A DNA stretch of 64,000 nt from a candidate division FCPU426 bacterium (GTDB taxonomy: Bacteria > Oederibacteriota > JAAXVQ01 > JAUVAV01). The DNA is taken from contig JBFLYH010000001.1 in the NCBI GenBank assembly GCA_040756875.1, forward strand, positions 704,001 to 768,000, given 5' to 3'. Made by a program: the position numbers and the translations under genes. The notes under the pieces are model-generated. The model did not search any database, had not been told where the DNA came from, and saw nothing but the letters and a program-made list of their open reading frames with translations. The stretch's first letter is position 1; every line of letters begins with the position of its first letter. Positions 1 through 9,752 of the stretch are shown here, in pieces.

Positions 1-552
1 GCGCTGATTTCCGCCAGGGAAAACGGATCCGAAGAGAATCAGTGTTTTTGGATAGGGGCTTCATCGCTCGTACCCGGTGTGGGCCAAATGATCAATCATG
101 ACTATCTGCAGGGAGGATTGCTGCTTTTCGCTTCCTCTTTGTCATGGAGCACCGTTCATCAGCTGGAGTTCACACGTAAAAGGCAGAGTGGGACGGAAGC
201 TTTCCAACCTTTTTATATTGCCTCACTGTTCCTGAGGGATGGAATCATGACGTACGCTATGCTTCATGCCACCAACAGGCACTATCGTGAGTATCATGAC
301 CGGACGGCGGCGATGTGGACTGGTACAGCATCGCTTTTGCCCGGTCTCGGGCAGGCGATAAACGGGGATTGGTGGGAAGCCGGTGGATTGTTTGCGGGTT
401 GGGCTCTATCGACCGCCGTGGTTTCATACTTTGAGTCGATGATTTTTCAAAGTGGCAATGACAGTTTATTGGTAGAGGAAACAGAACATCCTCGTTTTAA
501 CATTTGCTGGGTTCCGGGCGGCGCGACACTGGGCGTGACCATAGGATGGTGA
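1..552 (+). CDS. Hypothetical membrane/envelope protein, 5'-truncated by the window edge
   Basis: Frame 1 is open from base 1 to TGA 550-552. It has two copies of an SL(V/L)PGxGQxIN motif, each followed by a hydrophobic segment. Confidence 0.65.
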   Translation, partial: ALISARENGSEENQCFWIGASSLVPGVGQMINHDYLQGGLLLFASSLSWSTVHQLEFTRKRQSGTEAFQPFYIASLFLRDGIMTYAMLHATNRHYREYHDRTAAMWTGTASLLPGLGQAINGDWWEAGGLFAGWALSTAVVSYFESMIFQSGNDSLLVEETEHPRFNICWVPGGATLGVTIGW

Positions 553-2618
553 GAAGTATGTCAGATGAGGTTTGGACCGTCAAAACCACGGACGCATGGG
601 ACCGCAAAGATTGGATAAACAGCGTTGTTATTGCTGTGATTGCTTCTTTTGTCCGAATAATTTATTTTTTATCGGTTAAAAAACAGCTTTTTTTCACCAA
701 TCCCATAATTGATTCCTACAATTTCCATCAATGGGCCATCGAGATTTCCAAAGGACATCTGTTGGGGACGGGCCCATATACCCAGAGCCCTTTTTATGCT
801 TATTTTTTAAGCTTATTTTACGCCATCTTCGGTTCTAACACGCTAATTATTAGTGCACTCCAACTTTTATTAGGCGCTCTGGGTTGCGTTTTATTGTATT
901 GGTTGGGGAGGAATTTATTCTCACGCTGGGTTGGCTTTTTAGCCGGGCTGGGCAATAGTCTGTATGGTGTGGCATTTTTCCACGAAGGAACCCTTTTAAC
1001 CGTCGTATTGATTCATATTTTAAATATCTCTCTGCTTTTAACGCTTTATTGGGCCTCTCGCCAGTCCTCCTGGAAATCCTGGAGCATCCCTGGCGTTCTA
1101 TTGGGGTTATCGACCCTGACACGGCCGAATATACTTATTTTCAGTGTGGTTATATTTGCCTGGATTTGGTGGCTGAATCGAAGCGCTGCTAAATTAAAAT
1201 TATTGTTTCCGTACGTCGCTTTTTTTCTTGGATTGCTAGTCACCCTACTGCCAGTAACCATCAGAAACATTATTGTCGTCCACGAACCCATATTGACCGT
1301 GGCGACCGGCGGTCTAAACTTCTATTTGGGAAATTCACGCCAATCAACAGGGTTTCTCGTCCCGTTCGGGGAATTAGGCTTGTCAGCCCGGACGATCGTG
1401 GATGATTTCAAACAGGAAGCGGAAAGACGCAAGGGTGGAACGCTGACGTATCAGGCGGCAAGCCGGTTTTGGACTTTGGAAACCCTCAAGGAAATCCGTC
1501 AGGATTTCGACCATTGGCAGCAATTGCTGTTAAACAAGCTTTTGTTGTTCCTCAATGGCTATGAATTAACCACTAGCATCAATTACTATTCAATTCGACA
1601 AATAGTCCCCCTGATGCGCTGGCCGTGGCTTTCCTTTGGAGTCGTATCGCCTCTGGCACTTTTGGGATTTGTCCTTTTTAGAAAGCGGTGGCGCACATTG
1701 TTTCCGCTTCTCGGATTGGTTGCGGTGTATTTGTTTTCCAATGTCGTTATTTTCGTATCATCGGAGTATCGATTCGCGATTGTACCGGTTTTTCTTTTAT
1801 TCGCGTCGGCCTCGGTGATGGAAATCATACGCAGGATACGGGAAAGCGGCTGGAAACAATTGGCCGCCCCCTTGATTTTATTGGCTTTTTTTGCGGTTTT
1901 AACGAATATGGACCTCTTGTCGACAGAAGCGCGTAATTATCGCTATGCCACATCCCATTATAATTTTGGCAGTCTGCTCATGCGCCTTGAGAATTATCCT
2001 CAAGCTGCAGAAGAGTATACCCAAGCCAGGAACTATCTGCCGGATAATTTCAATCTGGCATTGGCCCAATCCGACGCGTATTATAAAGCCGGCGAGTATC
2101 AACGGGCGCTCCAGGCGGCTCAGGAAGCCTATCGTATTGATCCCGAACACCCCAGTATTTTAACGACCTATGCCAATGCCTTGACTGCTGCCGGCCAATA
2201 TGATCGGGCCATTGAGATGCGTTTGATGGCCGTCATGCGAAATCCCAGGGACGGCCTGACGCATTTTAACCTGGGTGTGACTTATTTGTGGGCGGGAAAA
2301 CCGGCTGAAGCGGAACGCGCTTTTCAAAAAGCCATACAATTCGACGCTAAATATGATGAAGAGAGCGCCCGCATGAAGGAAAAAGTGCTGATGAATCAAA
2401 GCCGCGGTCCGGTGGCGTCGAACGGTGAAAATATCCGGCCGGATGCAATTTCGAACTCGCTTCTGCCTTCCGCCCAACCGCAATCCCAGCCAGTACAATA
2501 TCAACAGTATCAGCAATACCAGCAATATCAGCAGTATCAGCAATATCAACAGTACCAGCAGCAGTATCAGCCTCCGCCTATGCAATATCAACCGCCCGTT
2601 CAATATCAGCAGCGATAA
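546..2618 (+). CDS. GT-C fold (PMT/ArnT-like, GT39-like) membrane glycosyltransferase with C-terminal TPRs and a Gln/Tyr-rich tail
   Basis: About 12 TM helices, D-S-x-x-F/Y loop (IIDSYNF), P-F-Y-x-Y-F-L, LTRPN, GGLNFYLGN and EYRF motifs, then TPRs. Start is ATG 546 or 558. Confidence 0.8.
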   Translation: MVRSMSDEVWTVKTTDAWDRKDWINSVVIAVIASFVRIIYFLSVKKQLFFTNPIIDSYNFHQWAIEISKGHLLGTGPYTQSPFYAYFLSLFYAIFGSNTLIISALQLLLGALGCVLLYWLGRNLFSRWVGFLAGLGNSLYGVAFFHEGTLLTVVLIHILNISLLLTLYWASRQSSWKSWSIPGVLLGLSTLTRPNILIFSVVIFAWIWWLNRSAAKLKLLFPYVAFFLGLLVTLLPVTIRNIIVVHEPILTVATGGLNFYLGNSRQSTGFLVPFGELGLSARTIVDDFKQEAERRKGGTLTYQAASRFWTLETLKEIRQDFDHWQQLLLNKLLLFLNGYELTTSINYYSIRQIVPLMRWPWLSFGVVSPLALLGFVLFRKRWRTLFPLLGLVAVYLFSNVVIFVSSEYRFAIVPVFLLFASASVMEIIRRIRESGWKQLAAPLILLAFFAVLTNMDLLSTEARNYRYATSHYNFGSLLMRLENYPQAAEEYTQARNYLPDNFNLALAQSDAYYKAGEYQRALQAAQEAYRIDPEHPSILTTYANALTAAGQYDRAIEMRLMAVMRNPRDGLTHFNLGVTYLWAGKPAEAERAFQKAIQFDAKYDEESARMKEKVLMNQSRGPVASNGENIRPDAISNSLLPSAQPQSQPVQYQQYQQYQQYQQYQQYQQYQQQYQPPPMQYQPPVQYQQR
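2496..2612 (+). repeat. Degenerate 9-bp coding tandem repeat (CAR CAR TAY) encoding (QQY)n
   Basis: Six QQY units at 2502-2555, then QQQY and QYQPP variants. Confidence 0.9.
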
Positions 2619-2639
2619 AAAGCTTAAGGAATCTCAACT

Positions 2640-4400
2640 ATGAGGAAGCCCTCCCAGACGCAGGGAATACGGCTACTTTCACCGGATGTGGCAAACTTGA
2701 TCGCAGCCGGGGAGGTTGTCGAACGGCCGGCGGCCGTTGTAAAAGAGCTAATAGAAAACGCGTTGGATGCCGGCGCGTTGAATATTGAAGTGACGTCCCA
2801 CCAGGCGGGTTTTGGTGAATTGAAAGTAGTGGACGATGGAAAGGGAATCCCTTCCCACGAGGCCGAGCTCGCGTTACAACGGCATGCGACGAGTAAAATA
2901 TACCAGGCTGAGGACCTACAGCAGATCGAAACTTACGGATTTCGCGGAGAAGCATTGGCTGCGATTTCCTCGGTTAGCAAAATCGAAATGCTCACCCGCT
3001 TGAAGTCCCATAGTGATGGCTTTCTTGTCCAGGCGGAAGGAGGCAGAATACTTCAAACCCGGCAGGCGGGTTGCGCGCCCGGCACATCAGTGGCAGTCAG
3101 GGAGTTGTTCTACAACACGCCGGCGCGGCGCCGTTTTATGAAGAGCGATAGCACTGAAGAGTCACACATTGTCACGGCGGTTGAGTTAGCAGCGCTTGCC
3201 AATCTGGACGTTTCTTTTAAACTGACCTGCAATAATCGGGAGATCTTGTTCTGCCCGCCGAGCCAAACGCTGGAAACGCGTTTGCGTGATTTGTACCAAA
3301 AATCCACTCCGAAACGACTGTTGGAGGTGTATTTAGAAGCCGGTGGAGTGGAGATTAAAGGCGTGCTAGGGTCGGTTGCCGAGCACCAGGGCACCAGGAA
3401 CTATATGCGATGGTTTGTGAATCAAAGACCAGTGGAACACCGAGGTATCTCCCATGCTGTCCTGCAGGTTTATCAGCCATTATTGCCCAAAGGAAAGTTT
3501 CCTTTTGCTTTCATATTTGTTGAACTGCCGCCCCAGTTGGTGGATGTAAATGTACACCCGACCAAGCGCGAAGTTAAGTTTAGGGATGAATCTGCCATTC
3601 ATAAAATTATACTCAACGCGGTAAAAACGGCTCTGGAACCTTCAAATCCTGCTTCGTGGATTCCGCCGACTATTAAAGACCTGCCCACAGAATCACCGGC
3701 ACCTAAAACGAACCAAAGCCTGCCGTTTGATGTCAACGCCTGGAACCCTAGCCAAGTGCGGGAATCCATTGCGACTTACTTTAACTCAAGTTTAGATGAA
3801 AATTCGTCACTTGAACAGAATACCAGTGTACCTGGGCATTTCCTTAACATTTTAGGTTTAGTTGGAAAAAAATATTTTGCCGGATATGATGAGGAAGGCT
3901 TTTTCATAATAGATCAACATGCTGCTCATGAGAGATTGATCTATGAAGAATTATTGAATAATAGTGGAGATATTAAAAAGCAATTATTGCTGGTTCCAAT
4001 ACAGGTTGAATTAAATGCCGGCGAATTCAATTTATTAATGGGGATAAAAGAAATACTGGATAAATCAGGGATTGATTTCACAGTTGCCGGTAAAAATGTA
4101 ATCATGATAAATTCTCAACCGCATTTTTTCAATGGCGATATTTATTTGGTAATAAAAGAAATATTAGAAACAGGCCATGAAAATGATAAAATAGATCATA
4201 AAATCCAGGAAAAAATATTTAAAGCTATTGCTTGTAAATCTGCCGTTAAAGCAGGAGAAAGACTGCATGAAGTTCAAATACAAACGCTTATTCAAAGATT
4301 GAAACAGCATAATATCATACAGACGTGTCCTCATGGGCGACCATATATTTTCAGGATATCTTGGTCAGAATTGGATAAAATATTTAAAAGGAACTATTAA
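2640..4400 (+). CDS. mutL: DNA mismatch repair protein MutL
   Basis: IAAGEVVERPAAVVKELIENALDAGA, GFRGEALAAI, VDVNVHPTKREV, endonuclease motifs DQHAAHER, ACK and CPHGRP. Confidence 0.98.
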   Translation: MRKPSQTQGIRLLSPDVANLIAAGEVVERPAAVVKELIENALDAGALNIEVTSHQAGFGELKVVDDGKGIPSHEAELALQRHATSKIYQAEDLQQIETYGFRGEALAAISSVSKIEMLTRLKSHSDGFLVQAEGGRILQTRQAGCAPGTSVAVRELFYNTPARRRFMKSDSTEESHIVTAVELAALANLDVSFKLTCNNREILFCPPSQTLETRLRDLYQKSTPKRLLEVYLEAGGVEIKGVLGSVAEHQGTRNYMRWFVNQRPVEHRGISHAVLQVYQPLLPKGKFPFAFIFVELPPQLVDVNVHPTKREVKFRDESAIHKIILNAVKTALEPSNPASWIPPTIKDLPTESPAPKTNQSLPFDVNAWNPSQVRESIATYFNSSLDENSSLEQNTSVPGHFLNILGLVGKKYFAGYDEEGFFIIDQHAAHERLIYEELLNNSGDIKKQLLLVPIQVELNAGEFNLLMGIKEILDKSGIDFTVAGKNVIMINSQPHFFNGDIYLVIKEILETGHENDKIDHKIQEKIFKAIACKSAVKAGERLHEVQIQTLIQRLKQHNIIQTCPHGRPYIFRISWSELDKIFKRNY

Positions 4401-4457
4401 TTAAAATATCCACTATTATTACTATCATTATAACTTTAACATTCAGAATAAAAATAA

Positions 4458-5408
4458 ATGTGTTCAGAAAGAAACATTAAAATGGCCTCTCGTCAGTGGG
4501 ATATAATCGCTATTGTAGGTCCCACTTCCTCCGGTAAAACGGAATTATCCCTAGAATTAGCGGATATGCTTAATGGTGAAATCATTTCTGCGGATTCTCG
4601 CCAAATTTACATGGAAATAAGTATTGGCACAGGAAAGCCAAGTAATGACCAATTAACCAAAATTAAACATTATTTAATATCGGAAATTTCTCCGGCTATT
4701 AAAATGACTGCATATGAATTTAGTAAAATGGCCGATGATATATATAAAAAAATAATCGAGAGAAAAAAGCAATGCTTTTTAGTTGGCGGAACAGGATTGT
4801 GGATAAAGGCATTTTGCGAAGGATTGCATCCGACGCCACCTCCGGATCCTGAGTATAGGAATGTTGTATTATCTGAAATTTCTAAAAATGGTTTGAACTC
4901 AATTTACCAGGAGTTAATGTCACGCGATCCTGGCTTAATTGGGAAGATTAAACCAAATGATAAAGTGCGAATTATCAGAGCTATGGAAATCCTTTATAAT
5001 TCAGGCTCTGTTCCCTCTGAAATATACCGGAACACACTTGGAAAAAAATATAATATTCTTTGGATTGGATGCTACAAACCAAAGGAAGTGTTGTACCAAA
5101 TAGCGGAACAAAAAATAAATCTCTGGATTGCGAACGGTTGGATCGAAGAAGTCAGGGAACTATCTATAAAATATGGTCCTGATTTGCCGGCCATGCAAAC
5201 CCTGGGTTATTTTCATATATTACGTTATATTGCCGGCTCAATTACAAAAGAAAATATGATAATGAATATTAAGCTGGATACCCGGCATTATATTAAACGA
5301 CAGTTTACGTGGTTTAGATCCAACAAGCAAATTCACTGGGTAGATACCCGGAAAACGATAGCTGAACAAGTCAATGAAGTATTGGGAGCCGTTTCAAGGA
5401 TTTGCTAA
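4458..5408 (+). CDS. miaA: tRNA dimethylallyltransferase
   Basis: GPTSSGKT, ISADSRQIY, VGGTGLW, TRHYIKRQFTWF; classic mutL-miaA synteny. Confidence 0.97.
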   Translation: MCSERNIKMASRQWDIIAIVGPTSSGKTELSLELADMLNGEIISADSRQIYMEISIGTGKPSNDQLTKIKHYLISEISPAIKMTAYEFSKMADDIYKKIIERKKQCFLVGGTGLWIKAFCEGLHPTPPPDPEYRNVVLSEISKNGLNSIYQELMSRDPGLIGKIKPNDKVRIIRAMEILYNSGSVPSEIYRNTLGKKYNILWIGCYKPKEVLYQIAEQKINLWIANGWIEEVRELSIKYGPDLPAMQTLGYFHILRYIAGSITKENMIMNIKLDTRHYIKRQFTWFRSNKQIHWVDTRKTIAEQVNEVLGAVSRIC

Positions 5409-6433
5409 CACTGAAAAGTATAATACCGGAGGTGATGGACTTGGCGTCAGATCTTTGGGTGGCATTGCAGACCTGCAATCCTGTGCCTGGCCGAACGCCC
5501 GCAGGACTGACACGATGGGCGATTATTTTACGCGCATGCGTTTTTTCGATGACCGTAACTTCCGGGCTGATCGGAGTCATGCTGGCATGGCGCAGCGGTT
5601 TTTTTTCATGGCCTTTGTCTATTTTGGTCGTTTTGGGCCTGTTGCTTGCCCACGCCGCCAACAATGTTTTAAACGATCTGATGGATTTTCGAAGCGGCGT
5701 GGATACTGCAGACTATCACCGAGTCAAGTATGCTCCACATCCCATCCATGCCGGCTGGCTCACTGCCCGCGCCATGTTTTTGGTTTTTATTGCACTGTCT
5801 TTCGCGGATTTGGTCATTCTGGTCATATTAACGGGGGCAAGGGGACTTCCGGTCGCTGGTTTTGCGTTAGCTGGTTTTTTAATCAGCGTGGCTTATGTGG
5901 GCGGTAAGTTTTCGCTTAAATTTCTCGGATTGGGTGAGGCCGCAGTATTTGTGGTTTGGGGGCCGTTGATGATCGGAGGGACCTATTGGGTAATGGCGGG
6001 TTCGATCCCTTCACGGATTTTATGGGCTTCCATTCCGTATGCCCTTTTAGTGACTACAGTCATTCTAGGCAAGCACATTGACAAATTGGAAGCTGATAAA
6101 TCCAAGGGAATTAAAACACTCCCGGTTCTGCTCGGGGCCAAAAACGCGCTTGCCCTGATTTACAGTCTGATGGGACTTTTCTACCTGATCCTGTTATGCG
6201 AAAGCGTCCTGAACATCCTTCCGGCCGCTTCGTTACTGGCATTATTTTCGCTTCCGCGCGCGTTCTTGGTTTGGAAAACGCTCCGCCAACCGAAACCGGC
6301 CGAAGCGCCGAAGGATTGGCCGATCTGGCCGCTGTGGTATGTCGGTTGGTGCTTTCATCTGGTCCGCTTGGCCGGAGGCTTGATGTTGATGGGATTCTTC
6401 GGACAGGTTATTCTGGAACGGTTTTTCCGTTGA
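5402..6433 (+). CDS. menA: UbiA-family prenyltransferase (MenA-like)
   Basis: HAANNVLNDLMDF..GVD and KHIDKLEAD..GIKTL motifs, GLGE, multiple TM helices. The start may be ATG 5435. Confidence 0.75.
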   Translation: MLTLKSIIPEVMDLASDLWVALQTCNPVPGRTPAGLTRWAIILRACVFSMTVTSGLIGVMLAWRSGFFSWPLSILVVLGLLLAHAANNVLNDLMDFRSGVDTADYHRVKYAPHPIHAGWLTARAMFLVFIALSFADLVILVILTGARGLPVAGFALAGFLISVAYVGGKFSLKFLGLGEAAVFVVWGPLMIGGTYWVMAGSIPSRILWASIPYALLVTTVILGKHIDKLEADKSKGIKTLPVLLGAKNALALIYSLMGLFYLILLCESVLNILPAASLLALFSLPRAFLVWKTLRQPKPAEAPKDWPIWPLWYVGWCFHLVRLAGGLMLMGFFGQVILERFFR

Positions 6434-6468
6434 AGAGATTTACAGATCGACGGATGAAGGTGGAACCG

Positions 6469-6822
6469 TTATGAGAGATCTTCTTCGGCGAGTGCGGCTT
6501 GAATGTGCTGGCTTAAAGCCGCCAAGGCGTCAGGGTCGATAACCGGCGGAAGATTCTGAGCGGATTCGGGTTTTCCGGAGGAGCCGGAGCCTGCGGGTTC
6601 GGCACGATGGGCGCGAAGCCTGAAAATTTCATCCGCGAGATTGATGCCCGCCAGGATGCTGATCTTTAAGGGGCTGGTTAGATGGGTATTCTCAGATATT
6701 TCCCTCATTTTTTCGTCGAGATATCGGGCGAGGGTGAAAATGTAATTGTCGTCTGCTTCGCCGCGAATGGCATATTCGCTGCCGAAAATGGTTACTTTGA
6801 CGGACGGGCGCTCTTCACTCAT
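6469..6822 (-). CDS. zapA: Cell division protein ZapA
   Basis: VKVTIFGSEYAI...LARYLDEKMREI...ILAGINLADE; lies downstream of pheT. Start is ATG at 6822. Confidence 0.9.
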   Translation of the reverse strand: MSEERPSVKVTIFGSEYAIRGEADDNYIFTLARYLDEKMREISENTHLTSPLKISILAGINLADEIFRLRAHRAEPAGSGSSGKPESAQNLPPVIDPDALAALSQHIQAALAEEDLS

Positions 6823-7093
6823 TCTTGATTTGCTCCACGATCCCGGCCTGGGCATGTTCCAATTCGCCGATCAACCGGCCGATGATGGCTATGGCTTTTT
6901 TCCGCTCTTTATATAACCGCTCGATTTCCCGCTCTAATGATTGGGTCTGAAGGGTTCCGGCCCGGTCGTCTTTAACCCTCAACCGCTCGGCTTCCAGTGC
7001 GCGGGTCCGCCACTTCTTGGCTTCTTCCCGGGTTTGACGCAAGGCGGAGATCAATTGATCGACTTGCTGGATGAGTTGCGTCCACAGATCCAT
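6815..7093 (-). CDS. Small coiled-coil protein (ZapB-like position)
   Basis: 92-aa heptad-rich helical ORF (MDLWTQLIQQVDQL...) between pheT and zapA. Confidence 0.65.
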   Translation of the reverse strand: MDLWTQLIQQVDQLISALRQTREEAKKWRTRALEAERLRVKDDRAGTLQTQSLEREIERLYKERKKAIAIIGRLIGELEHAQAGIVEQIKNE

Positions 7094-7130
7094 GGTTAGA
7101 GTCCAAACTGCCGCCTGTCGCGGCGAACGA

Positions 7131-9551
7131 TTAGCGCTGCGACGCGCCGAAGCGTTCTTGCAACCGTTGAAGGATGCGCGCCTGAAGCGAATTGACTTCC
7201 TCGTCCTGTAAAGTCCGGTCAAACGCCTGGAACGTCAGCGAAAAGGCCAAGCTCTTGTTGCCGGTTTTCAGGCCTTCGCCTTGATAGAGGTCGAAGGGAA
7301 GGACGCGTTGCACCAACCCTTGGCCCAACTCCTCGATGCTGCGTCGGACGTCTCCGGCCAGAGTGTCGGCGGGAACGGAGAGGGCGATGTCGCGGACAAC
7401 AGAAGGGTAGCGGGAAAAAGGGCTCATGCTTGGTACCCGGATCCAGCGGTCGGATAGCGCTTCCAAGTCCAGTTCGGCGATCAAGAGGGGATGCTTGGAC
7501 TTGAAATGTTCCTGACATTCCGGATGCAGGGTGCCGGCCCAGCCGATTTCCTTTTCGGAAATTTGAAGGTGGAAACTGGCATTGGGATGAAGAAAGGGCA
7601 GCGGGTCGGGAATGAATTCCAGCGGCAGGGCGATCGGCAAGTGTTCCCAGAGCCCTTCCAGCACTCCTTTTAGATCGTAAAATCCCGTCTCGGGGGGAGT
7701 GGGGCCGTCCTGCCAATGCCTGGGATGCTTCGCGCCGGCCAGGGCGATCCCCACATGAACGGGTTCGAACGGCAGCGTTTGCCCGGGCGCCGGAACAAAG
7801 ACGGCGCCGCATTCAAACAACCAAATCCGGTCCTGGCCCCGCCGTTGATTGTATATGATATTGTTAATCAATCCCGGCAATAAAGCGGGACGCAGCAGGG
7901 CGGCGTCTTCGCTCAAGGGGTTTTGCAGGGCTAGGGAAGCGCGCCAGGGATGTTCCGGCGGAAGACGCAAAGCCGACCAGCTGGCTGCGCCGCAAAAGCT
8001 GTAATTGATCACTTCAGTCAATCCCGAGCCGACCAGCAGACGTCTGCATTGCTGGCGGAACTGCCTGCGGGAGTCCTGTTCGGGCGATACCAGCGGTACC
8101 CGAGGCTGGCGGATGGGAATTTGGTCATATCCCATGACTTCGGCCAAATCCTCGATCATATCCTCTTCGAATGATATGTCGGAGCGGAAACTGGGAACAT
8201 GAACCCGATAGGTGTGAGCTTGGGGCGTGGATTCCGTCAGGAAACCAAGACGAGAAAGCGCCTTGAGCGAGGGCGAAGCGGGCAGGGAGGCGCCCAGGAC
8301 TTTTTCCGCACGGTCCAAGCGGAGGGTGACCATGCGCGGCGTGTATTTTTCCGGATAAAGCTCGGCAACGCCCTTGAGTATCTCGCCTCCGGCCAATTCT
8401 GCTATCAACTGGGCGGCGCGGTCCAGCGCCAGCAACAGCCCCAGCTCGGGATCGGTGCCGCGTTCGAAACGGTAGGAAGATTCGGATTTGCAATTGGTCA
8501 GGCGGCTCATCCGACGGACGACCTTTGGATCGAACCATGCGGCTTCGAGCAGGATATTTTTAGTGTGTTCCTGCACTTCGGTGTCTTTGCCGCCCATGAC
8601 ACCCGCCAAGGCCACAGCCTGCTTGGCGTCGGCAATGACCAATTCCGCGCCGGTCAGCGTCCTCGCTTGGCCGTCAAGCGTGGTGATTTTTTCACCCGCA
8701 GCTGCCTTGCGGGCCCGGATTACGCCGCCGGAGAGACGATCGTAATCAAAGGCATGGAGGGGATGGCCGATTTCCATCAACAGGTAATTGGTGATATCGA
8801 CGATGTTGTTGATGGGGCGGACCCCGACGGCTTCCAGGCGCTGCTGCATCCAGCGCGGGGAAGGCGAAACGGTAACATTGGTGATCATGCGGGCGCAATA
8901 GCGGCGGCAGCCCGATTGGGGTTCCACTTCGACCTTGATGCGGGAGACGGTAGGAACGGCGCTTTCGGCCAAGGAGACCGATGGCAGCGTCAGGGGCCGG
9001 TCCAGCACTGCGGACAAATGGCGGGCGATGCCAAGATGGGAAAGACAATCGGGGCGGTTGGGCGTTACGTCCACTTCCAACAGCGTATCATTGAGCCCTA
9101 AGAGCTGGGAAACCGGGCTTCCGAGCTGGCTGTCGGCCGGAAGGTGCATGATGCCTTCGCTTGAGGGGGCTATTCCCAGCTCGGATTCCGAACAAATCAT
9201 GCCATTGGATTCAACCCCGCGAATCTTGGCCCGGTTGATTTGCAGACCGCCGGGCAGAGTGGTCCCGGGCAAAGCCACAGGGACGATGTCTCCGGGAGCG
9301 ATGTTTTTAGCGCCGCAGACGATTTGCAGGGTTTCGCCGGGGATTTCGACCTGGGTGAGGCTCAATTTATCCGCGTTGGGATGGCGGGCGACATTCTGAA
9401 TGCGGCCGACAACGATTTTTTCCATGCCCTGACCGCGGGATTCGACCGCAGACACTTCCAACCCGCTCAAGGTCAAGCGTTCAGCCAAAATACGGGGTTC
9501 AATATCCCGCATATCGACAAATTCAGATAACCACGCAATCGAAACGCGCAA
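7131..9551 (-). CDS. pheT: Phenylalanine-tRNA ligase beta subunit
   Basis: HPNADKL, IVCGAKN, RGVESNGMICS, TPNRPDCLS, NNIVDITNY, RFERG, FDX-ACB tail; TTG start with GGAGG upstream. Confidence 0.98.
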   Translation of the reverse strand: MRVSIAWLSEFVDMRDIEPRILAERLTLSGLEVSAVESRGQGMEKIVVGRIQNVARHPNADKLSLTQVEIPGETLQIVCGAKNIAPGDIVPVALPGTTLPGGLQINRAKIRGVESNGMICSESELGIAPSSEGIMHLPADSQLGSPVSQLLGLNDTLLEVDVTPNRPDCLSHLGIARHLSAVLDRPLTLPSVSLAESAVPTVSRIKVEVEPQSGCRRYCARMITNVTVSPSPRWMQQRLEAVGVRPINNIVDITNYLLMEIGHPLHAFDYDRLSGGVIRARKAAAGEKITTLDGQARTLTGAELVIADAKQAVALAGVMGGKDTEVQEHTKNILLEAAWFDPKVVRRMSRLTNCKSESSYRFERGTDPELGLLLALDRAAQLIAELAGGEILKGVAELYPEKYTPRMVTLRLDRAEKVLGASLPASPSLKALSRLGFLTESTPQAHTYRVHVPSFRSDISFEEDMIEDLAEVMGYDQIPIRQPRVPLVSPEQDSRRQFRQQCRRLLVGSGLTEVINYSFCGAASWSALRLPPEHPWRASLALQNPLSEDAALLRPALLPGLINNIIYNQRRGQDRIWLFECGAVFVPAPGQTLPFEPVHVGIALAGAKHPRHWQDGPTPPETGFYDLKGVLEGLWEHLPIALPLEFIPDPLPFLHPNASFHLQISEKEIGWAGTLHPECQEHFKSKHPLLIAELDLEALSDRWIRVPSMSPFSRYPSVVRDIALSVPADTLAGDVRRSIEELGQGLVQRVLPFDLYQGEGLKTGNKSLAFSLTFQAFDRTLQDEEVNSLQARILQRLQERFGASQR

Positions 9552-9575
9552 AAGAGTCCTCCTATAAATTGATGG

Positions 9576-9604
9576 ATTTTTTCACAAGAAGTACGGGTTG
9601 TCAA
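9576..9604 (-). promoter_or_regulatory. Putative sigma70 promoter for pheT
   Basis: On the - strand: TTGACA, 17 bp, then AAAAAT preceded by TG. Confidence 0.45.
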
Positions 9605-9752
9605 GCGGTTAAAGTCCGGCCTTAAGTCCGAAAAAAGGCGTTTTTCCGTTCCATTTTTGCCATTCTTGAAGTAAACTATCAGGGTTTTGATAAAAGCTTG
9701 TTTTGTGCCTTCCGCACCGGCGGAGGCTCAATTATTTAAAAAATCGGACCCA

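Noticed and set aside
2496-2570. Short repeat array as a CRISPR candidate
   Set aside because: 9-bp in-frame coding units without spacers, and no cas genes.
4405-4460. Possible dif site in the mutL-miaA spacer (CTTTAACATTC resembles a reversed XerD arm)
   Set aside because: Only a partial one-arm match in very AT-rich DNA, with no convincing XerC arm.
4798-4806. Perfect DnaA box TGTGGATAA
   Set aside because: A single copy inside miaA coding sequence (L-W-I-K); no box cluster or dnaA nearby.
6434-6468. 6S RNA, often found after zapA
   Set aside because: Only 35 bp separate zapA from the convergent menA-like gene, so there is no room.
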